Source: a virus
Lineage: Duplodnaviria > Heunggongvirae > Uroviricota > Caudoviricetes
Length of the DNA: 5,297 nt
Direction: 5' to 3' (one strand)
IMG/VR virus record: IMGVR_UViG_2585427793_000007
Coordinates: 1 to 5,297 of that record
The notes under the pieces are model-generated. The model did not search any database and was not told the DNA's origin. It was given only the letters and a program-made list of their open reading frames with translations. How positions within the stretch are numbered: the stretch's first letter is position 1; each line of letters starts with the position of its first letter. Position numbers and translations under genes: made by a program. This document shows, piece after piece, positions 1 through 5,297 of this stretch.

Positions 1-969
1 CATAAAACTCTGTGAGACAGTCGTCCAGCTGTTTGTGTCGCTTTGTACGCCATTCTCTGTAATCGTTGCACCTGCATGGCTGCCATTTTTCACTTTCCAG
101 GCCAGGCAGTTATTGGGGGCATCAGCACCGCGGTAAGTGACCGAGGCCATAACAGCCACAACATCACTGTTGCTGTTATCCACCGCATCAAACGTGGCCT
201 GTGCTGCATTCAGGGACGGCGAGAGCATCAGATATCCGGCCTCGCTGTCAGAGGTGTTCAGCCCCGTGACAATATCTTTATTCAGTGAGTTTTTGGCGCT
301 TCCACCGGTAAATGCCGTTACCGGGCTGTATCTGACCTCAATGCTTCCGAGCAGGGCGGGTTCTGCACTATTATTTCTACCGTATGTCACTGTTCCACAG
401 TACATATCACCCAGCATTAACGTGCCGGATGCACCCGATGAAAAAATATTGTCACCACTACCAATACTCACCTGAATTTTGTCAGTCCGGTCATCTGATA
501 CATAAAACGATGCATTTCCAACTAATGAGCGGTTGCAGTACAGACTGGCTGAGACATAGCCGTTTTCGTTTCGCGTTGCGAAAATTTCATAGTAATAACT
601 GGCTGCTTCATCAGGATACGGGGTTGTAAATGAATAGCCATTAATCCTGATGTGGGATGGCGAAGATGAATATTTCTTTCCCGCACTTAATGTCAGACGA
701 AATCCCAGCTGTACAGCTGAGGCTTTTAAGTCCGGAAGTGTGCTGTACAGTGTGACATATGAGGGTGTCGTAAAAATCAGCCCCGTTCTTTCTACAGTAT
801 TTACGGCCTGAGTGCCACGACAGACGGATGTTACAGAACCGGACATATCATTGATAAGCGTGACACCGTTTTCGTTCAGTGCTGAAATAATATTTGTTGA
901 ATAATAGTTCTCGCACAATCCCTCATTCGCCGGAATTTGTCGGAACCCTTCCAGATTAATAATATTCAA
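1..969 (-). CDS. Hypothetical protein, partial (3' end beyond window start); possible distal tail-fibre / receptor-recognition component
   Basis: Minus-strand frame is open for 323 codons from 969 down to position 1 with no stop; a chance open frame of this length in ~45% GC DNA is very unlikely. Probable TTG start at 969..967, preceded by AAGGGG (revcomp of 976..981) with a 6-nt spacer; the first in-frame ATG (846..844) has no Shine-Dalgarno. Translation begins MNIINLEGFRQIPANEGLCENYYS and is S/T/N/G/Y-rich and non-repetitive. Not listed in the ORF track because its stop is off-window. I do not recognise the family; the fibre role is inferred from position only. Confidence 0.55.
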   Translation of the reverse strand, partial: MNIINLEGFRQIPANEGLCENYYSTNIISALNENGVTLINDMSGSVTSVCRGTQAVNTVERTGLIFTTPSYVTLYSTLPDLKASAVQLGFRLTLSAGKKYSSSPSHIRINGYSFTTPYPDEAASYYYEIFATRNENGYVSASLYCNRSLVGNASFYVSDDRTDKIQVSIGSGDNIFSSGASGTLMLGDMYCGTVTYGRNNSAEPALLGSIEVRYSPVTAFTGGSAKNSLNKDIVTGLNTSDSEAGYLMLSPSLNAAQATFDAVDNSNSDVVAVMASVTYRGADAPNNCLAWKVKNGSHAGATITENGVQSDTNSWTTVSQSFM

Positions 970-975
970 AATATT

Positions 976-981
976 CCCCTT
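976..981 (-). promoter_or_regulatory. Putative Shine-Dalgarno for the downstream ORF
   Basis: Minus strand reads TAA TAG AAACTAAAT AAGGGG AATATT TTG; the AAGGGG lies 6 nt before the TTG and 13 nt after the stf double stop, which suggests translational coupling. Confidence 0.4.
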
Positions 982-993
982 ATTTAGTTTCTA

Positions 994-2091
994 TTAAGCA
1001 GCAGATAAAACCGCAAACTGCAGTACTGCCCGATCTACTGTCAGTGGCTCATTGGTTTGATATGCTGGTACAAAGAAGGCTCTGTTAACTGCTACCGGCT
1101 CGCTCATCAGGAGTCCGGGTTGTAATTGCATGGTGTTAATGGTTATCGGTTCATGGGTGTTGCGCCCTGACTGAACAAATTTTCTGTTAATTGTTAAAGG
1201 CCCCCTTGTCTGTTCCCCGGACTGAAGCAGCACTCTGTTGATTTGCAGAGCGGGCTTTGGCGTTTCTGACGGAATTTCTGGTGGAATGACGGGCGCACCC
1301 TGAGAAGCCAGAGCCTCCGCGATTAACGCGCGTACAAATGCAGCATTGGCTATCTCATTACCGGATGCATCCGGTGGAGGTACTGGAGACATCGGGGTTC
1401 CCGTAAATTCAGGGCTGTCCAGCGATGCTTTTTTCTGCGTTTCATCCATCACTAACTTTACCGCCTTCGAGGTCGCTGCAAGCGTTTCTGACTCACTGTC
1501 CGTGGCGCTGCTCAGCCGCACAATCCCGTTGTGTTCCGTACTCGCATCCTCTGCAGTATATTTCCTGTCAGCGAGATCATATGCTGCTTTTACCGCCTTC
1601 GGGGTCGCTGCAAAATCTTCACTGCCGCTGTCCGTATCGCTGCTCAACTGCACCAACCCCTTTTGGGTTGTGGTGGCATCCATTGTTCTTATGCTGTCGA
1701 AAATCTTCTTTACACTTTCTGCATATTCGGCTGCCGCTTCCGCATTCGCCCTGGCGTGAGACACCAGTTCCTCAAGGTGGATTATCACTTCAGGCCTGGC
1801 ATTCTGCTCAGTGAATTTCAGTAAAAAATCATTCAGCGCCCCAGGCTGAGAATCTTCGTAAACGGTGATGTCCCCTATATTCGATGGTGGATAACCATCA
1901 ACCAACAGGGTGACGCTGTACTGTCCATACTCAACGTCCATACTGTAACGCCCGGTTTCATCCGATCTGACTGAAGCTACAGTACTTGCCAGCACCGTGG
2001 TGCTGTGACGCCTTGCCGTCAGCTGAATGATGCCATTCTGTATTGGTTTACCTGCACCGTCTTTCAGCACACCTGAAATCTTTACTGCCAT
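994..2091 (-). CDS. stf: Side tail fibre protein, Stf-like, short form of about 365 aa
   Basis: ATG at 2091..2089 preceded by GGGGAG (revcomp of 2097..2102) with a 5-nt spacer; the track's GTG start at 2097 is two codons upstream. N-terminus MAVKISGVLKDGAGKPIQNGIIQL...GRYSMDVEYGQYSVTLLVDGYPPS...ITVYEDSQPG closely matches the lambda Stf N-terminal domain as I remember it. Two copies of the phage tail-fibre repeat motif follow (GLVQLSSDTDSGSEDFAATPKAVKAAYD and GIVRLSSATDSESETLAATSKAVKLVMDETQKKASLDSP). Ends in a double stop, TAA at 996..994 then TAG. Confidence 0.8.
   Translation of the reverse strand: MAVKISGVLKDGAGKPIQNGIIQLTARRHSTTVLASTVASVRSDETGRYSMDVEYGQYSVTLLVDGYPPSNIGDITVYEDSQPGALNDFLLKFTEQNARPEVIIHLEELVSHARANAEAAAEYAESVKKIFDSIRTMDATTTQKGLVQLSSDTDSGSEDFAATPKAVKAAYDLADRKYTAEDASTEHNGIVRLSSATDSESETLAATSKAVKLVMDETQKKASLDSPEFTGTPMSPVPPPDASGNEIANAAFVRALIAEALASQGAPVIPPEIPSETPKPALQINRVLLQSGEQTRGPLTINRKFVQSGRNTHEPITINTMQLQPGLLMSEPVAVNRAFFVPAYQTNEPLTVDRAVLQFAVLSAA
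997..1248 (-). repeat. Five tandem in-frame 51-bp (17-codon) repeats forming the Stf C-terminus
   Basis: Translated units: LQINRVLLQSGEQTRGP / LTINRKFVQSGRNTHEP / ITINTMQLQPGLLMSEP / VAVNRAFFVPAYQTNEP / LTVDRAVLQFAVLSAA (last unit 16 aa). Conserved positions are hydrophobic-T-(I/V)-(N/D)-R, a central Q, a G/P/A turn, and a terminal E-P. DNA-level identity between units is only moderate, so this is an old protein-level periodicity, not a recent duplication. Confidence 0.7.
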
Positions 2092-2096
2092 ATTCA

Positions 2097-2102
2097 CTCC
2101 CC
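2097..2102 (-). promoter_or_regulatory. Putative Shine-Dalgarno for stf
   Basis: Minus strand reads GGGGAG TGAAT ATG, spacer 5 nt. Confidence 0.45.
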
Positions 2103-2133
2103 AAACAAAAAAGGCACCATTTCTGGTGCCCTT
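2103..2133 (-). terminator. Candidate rho-independent terminator between J and stf
   Basis: Minus strand reads AAGGGCACCA GAAA TGGTGCCTT TTTTGTTT: a 7-bp perfect GC-rich stem (GGCACCA/TGGTGCC), extendable to 9 bp with one G-U pair, a GAAA tetraloop, then a T-rich run. It sits 17 nt after the J stop and directly before the stf ribosome-binding site. Confidence 0.55.
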
Positions 2134-2149
2134 ATCCAGGTTATAAAAT

Positions 2150-4222
2150 TCAACTGATACTGATACCTGCTGTTGATTTCTTCATCACCACAACCAGTAA
2201 ATCGCTGATACTTGCTGTGGGATACCAGCCATTTACCAGCCAGGCTGACACAGAAAATTCCAGCCTCATGTGACCGTGACCGGCAGGCATATCAATAACG
2301 CCACTGTAAATCAGCGTATTATCCAGCGCAGTACGGTTATAAATTTCAGCACCGTTTTTCCGCACTATCAGACGGCATGAGGAGTAAATATCAGTATGAT
2401 TTCGCTCATGCTTAGCGCCGCTGAATGCCACCGCCGGAATAACAATCTGTCGGTCAAACGGCTGATCGTCATAAATCCTGACGGTAATGGTCCCTGATGG
2501 CCACCGTTCCGGTGCACGGGAGTCCCGGGGGAAAGCTTTACCCACTGTTTTAACGAGATCGCCTTCAATCTGGTTCGCGGACAGTTTTCCCAGAACCCGG
2601 CAGTTCTTGTTAATCGTGACGTTGTTGAGCGTCCCGGCGTTCGCATTCACGTTACCGCTGATATCCGCATTTCTCGCCGTCAGTCGCCCGTCCGGTGTCA
2701 GGGAAAATGCCGGAGGATTGCCACCACTGGTAATGGTGGGGGCCGTCAGGCGTTTCAGGAACACGTCATTCATGAATATCTGATCACCCTGCGCCACAAA
2801 CATCGGCGTTTCATTTCCGTTTGCCGGGTCAATAAACGCGATACGGTTAGCGGCAACCAGGAACTGGCTCAGTTTACCTTCCTCCGTGTCCTCCATGCTG
2901 AGGCCAATACCCGCGACATAATGTTTGCCGTCTTTGGTCTGCTCAATTTTGACGCCCCACATGGCATTCCATTTATCGTTGGCATCTTTCCACTCTTTCG
3001 AAAACTCCTCCAGTTTGCTGGCGTTATCCTCCGTCAACTCGACTTTTCCCAGCAGCTCTTTACCGAGATGGGATTCGGTTATCTGGCCTTTGAAAAAATC
3101 CAGGTAACCTTCGGCATCATCGCTCGCCCGACCGACAGCCTCCACAAATGCCGATTTGCCAACGGTGTTCACACTGCGGATGTAAAAATAATAATCATGG
3201 CCCGGCCTGATATTGATACTGGCAGCTATCCAGTACAGCGCCGTGCCAAGATAGCGCGCTGTGGTTTCAACCTGTCTGATATCCGCAATCCGCTTTTCCG
3301 AGAACCAGAATTCAAACTGTACCGTCGGGTCATAAACGGCAAGATGCGGCGTGGCGGTTATCTGAAAATAGCCCGGCGTCAGCTCAATCCGCGACGGCGC
3401 TGCCGGTGCGGCAATCCGGAACGATACCGATGCAGGATCGCCCTGCTGCCCCCAGGCATTTGCCGCCCGGACTGTCAGCCTGTAGCTTCCCAGCGCCAGC
3501 TGCCTGAAGCGGTATGTGGTTTCCGTCGTCCGGGCCGTGCTGACCAGCCGCTCACTGCCGTCATCCGCTGCCACGGTCAGGCGAAGCATAAAGCTCACGC
3601 CCTTCACCACCTTCGGTGTGTCCCATCGCGCCAGCACCTGATATTCCCCGCTGTCTGCAGTGACTTCTGCGGTCAGGTGCTGCACCGCTGGCGGCGTGAC
3701 ACCATTCACCGTGCCACTCTGTTCGCCGTCAAAGTGCGCCCCGTTATCCACGATGGCCTCTTTTTCCGGCACATGCTGCACGGCGGTGATGGCATACGTG
3801 CCGTCGTCGTTCTCACGGATACTCACGCAGCGGAACAGTCGCTGGCGCAGCGTCGGCAGCTTCAGCCCCCATACGCTGTATTCAGCAACACCGTCAGGAA
3901 CACGGCTCACTTTTACCTTCACGTCGTCGGTGACGGACTGAACCTCCACGCTGACCGGATTGCCACTTCCGTCAACCAGGCTTATCAGCGTGGTACCGGA
4001 GGATGGCAGCGTGATTTCACGGTCGAGCGTCAGCGTCCGGGTCTGGCTGTTCACCGCCAGCACACGACCACCGGTGCTGATACCGGCATAGTCATCATCA
4101 CAGATTTCAATAACATCGCCCGGTACATGGCGAAGCCCTTCTGCGCCGACGCTGAAATCCACGGTCTGCGTTTCCAGCAGTTCTGTTTTAATCAGCCACA
4201 GCCCGGCGCGGTGTGCCTGCCC
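2150..4222 (-). pseudogene. J: Tail-tip host-specificity protein J, C-terminal ~690 codons; 5' part separated by IS186 insertion
   Basis: Continuous 691-codon frame ending at TGA 2152..2150. Translation is typical of lambda J-family central tail fibre proteins, with fibronectin-III-like segments and a C-terminal receptor-binding region ending ...[24 protein letters not shown].... J-family proteins are about 1100 aa or more, so roughly 400 N-terminal codons are missing. The track's ATG at 4225..4223 is the revcomp of the CAT that begins the IS186 terminus, and the frame hits a stop inside IS sequence 18 codons further up (TAA, revcomp of 4280..4282), so it is not a native start. Confidence 0.8.
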
Positions 4223-4245
4223 CATAAGCGCTAACTTAAGGGTTG
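4223..4245. repeat. IS186 terminal inverted repeat (one end)
   Basis: CATAAGCGCTAACTTAAGGGTTG at the boundary where the J frame breaks. The partner repeat is off-window, so the assignment rests on memory of the IS186 terminus rather than an observed pair. Confidence 0.5.
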
Positions 4246-4393
4246 AACCATCTGAAGAATGCGACGCCTCGGTGCCTCGTTAAGACGATGCCTCGCGTTC
4301 TTCAATTGCGTTTTGTAGGCTGTCAGGGATACTGTCCCACGAATGGCCACCTGTAAGCTCCAGATGACCATTTTTGTTATTCTCCACAACGAG

Positions 4394-5297
4394 TTAGTTC
4401 TTCTTTTCGGATCCGGCACTTCTGGGGGGGAAATCCAGCGATGGCTGGATTATGTCGTCAATTAAAAATGCGGCGAGTAGATTAGCAAATATCCACGCTT
4501 TCGCGAGTTCAGGTTCCTTTGCACGCAAAGCATCCAGGTGCAGCAAACTTTTGAGCCGCTTAAAAGCCAGTTCAATTTGCCATCGCAGACGGTAACAATC
4601 AGCCACTTGCTCTGCTGAATATTCATCTTCCGGTAATGATGTTAGCAATAGCACATGGCCCGCTGCTTCCAGCGTTTCCGCCTGAACTACTCGTCCTTTT
4701 CGACGATTCTCGCTGAGCAGTCGGGTTTTACTGATTAATGCTTTTTCGGGAGGAAGTGATACGGCAATGAGACGTGCCGGAAAGGGAGCTCCGGCTTTTT
4801 TATTACCTGAATTGCCTATCATTACAGTGGTTTCACCGTTCTTACCGCAATCCAGCCCGCGCAGAAAACCCATCATGTCAAAGCGCATTCCTTCTGCAGT
4901 TAACCAGCGCAATCCTCGCCAGTGAACCCGGACGATATAATCAGCTTCTCCAAAAGCAAGTGAGCGGATACATTCGGGACGCGAACCGAATCCCCGGTCA
5001 GCAATGCGTATCTCGTCTGCCGTTTGCGCAAATCGGTCCAGCCGTTCAGCGTCTCTGCTGTCGGTTAGCTCAAAATCAGTGAACTGACAGGTATGAGGAT
5101 CATATCCCATATGTAGTCGCCATTCAGCGCTGCCGCCCCCGGGCGCACTGATTGCTGTTCCATCGACAAGACGCAATCTCTTTCCGCTTGTACAACCCGT
5201 AACTGCGGCGCGTACAGCAAGTGTTTGTGCGGCAAGTATGCCAAACCAGTCGGCGGCATTCCGCAGCCGCTTCAGGAGAGCCACGTCAGATAATGTT
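4394..5297 (-). CDS. insL: IS186 transposase InsL (IS4 family, DDE), partial; 5' end beyond window end
   Basis: Frame is open from the window edge (…TLSD-VALLKRLRNAADWFGILAAQTLAVRAAVTG…) to TAA at 4396..4394. The C-terminal region CYRLRWQIELAFKRLK resembles the conserved Y-R-E-K-type C-terminal signature of IS4-family DDE transposases. The track's Met at 5284 is an internal GTG; the real start is upstream of the window. Confidence 0.85.
   Translation of the reverse strand, partial: TLSDVALLKRLRNAADWFGILAAQTLAVRAAVTGCTSGKRLRLVDGTAISAPGGGSAEWRLHMGYDPHTCQFTDFELTDSRDAERLDRFAQTADEIRIADRGFGSRPECIRSLAFGEADYIVRVHWRGLRWLTAEGMRFDMMGFLRGLDCGKNGETTVMIGNSGNKKAGAPFPARLIAVSLPPEKALISKTRLLSENRRKGRVVQAETLEAAGHVLLLTSLPEDEYSAEQVADCYRLRWQIELAFKRLKSLLHLDALRAKEPELAKAWIFANLLAAFLIDDIIQPSLDFPPRSAGSEKKN

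Larger units (their letters stand above)
4223..5297 (-). mobile_element. IS186 (IS4 family), partial; continues beyond window end
   Basis: Begins with the terminus CATAAGCGCTAACTTAAGGGTTG, which I recall as the IS186 terminal inverted repeat, and contains an ORF matching IS186 transposase InsL. Flanking DNA is GC-rich (CCCGGCGCGGTGTGCCTGCCCC at 4201..4222), consistent with the known IS186 preference for GC-rich targets. The full element is about 1.3 kb, so the far end and any target-site duplication lie outside the window. Confidence 0.8.

Noticed and set aside
43-629. Three overlapping plus-strand ORFs of 81 to 112 aa
   Set aside because: They are antisense to the continuous 323-codon minus-strand frame and their translations are low-complexity. 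Treated as artefacts.
1004-1012. Possible invertase crossover half-site (GATAAAACC) at the stf 3' end, as in Gin/Cin/Pin/Hin fibre-switching systems
   Set aside because: Only a weak half-site with no palindromic partner, no inverted copy elsewhere in the window and no invertase gene. Stf ends with a clean double stop instead of running into an invertible segment.
997-1248. Diversity-generating retroelement variable region (Asn AAC codons recur at the repeat starts)
   Set aside because: No reverse transcriptase gene and no near-identical template repeat are in the window. The units are divergent at DNA level and conserved at protein level, which is the opposite of a template/variable pair.
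1346-1824. Plus-strand ORFs of 97 to 137 aa inside stf
   Set aside because: Antisense to the Stf-like gene, whose translation carries recognisable conserved motifs.
4223-4225. ATG start of the 691-aa J ORF
   Set aside because: The ATG is the complement of the CAT that begins the IS186 terminus, and there is no Shine-Dalgarno upstream (minus strand reads CCCTTAAGTTAGCGCTT before it). It is a junction artefact, not a native start.
2921-4234. 437-aa plus-strand ORF
   Set aside because: It is entirely antisense to the J coding region, which has a recognisable J-family translation. Long antisense ORFs are common in GC-rich coding DNA, its product is Arg/Cys/His-rich and looks non-protein-like, and its stop lies inside the IS186 terminus.
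4231-4419. 62-aa minus-strand ORF
   Set aside because: It lies in the non-coding terminal region of IS186 between the inverted repeat and the transposase stop, has no ribosome-binding site, and is basic and low-complexity.
4424-4430. G7 homopolymer inside the transposase 3' coding region (encodes Pro-Pro)
   Set aside because: It could be slippage-prone, but it is probably just part of the standard IS186 sequence. There is no evidence of frameshifting or phase variation here.

Overview
This window reads as the tail-fibre end of a lambdoid (lambda-like) phage late region, most likely a defective prophage in Escherichia/Shigella, with all real genes on the minus strand. Going down in coordinates: (i) a partial IS186 copy (4223 to the window end) carrying the IS4-family transposase InsL; (ii) the C-terminal ~690 codons of a J-type tail-tip host-specificity gene, cut off at its 5' side by the IS186 terminus at 4223; (iii) a hairpin plus T-tract terminator; (iv) a short Stf-like side tail fibre gene (994..2091) that ends in five tandem 17-residue repeats; (v) a tightly coupled, in-frame, lower-GC ORF of unknown function (969 to beyond position 1). 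The plus-strand ORFs in the track are antisense to these genes and are treated as artefacts. The most interesting part is the stf / downstream-ORF pair: a truncated fibre with an unusual periodic C-terminus followed by a separately encoded, unrecognised S/T/N/G/Y-rich protein. I see no CRISPR array, tRNA/rRNA, reverse transcriptase or invertase in the window. All family assignments come from reading the translations against remembered sequences; no database search was possible.
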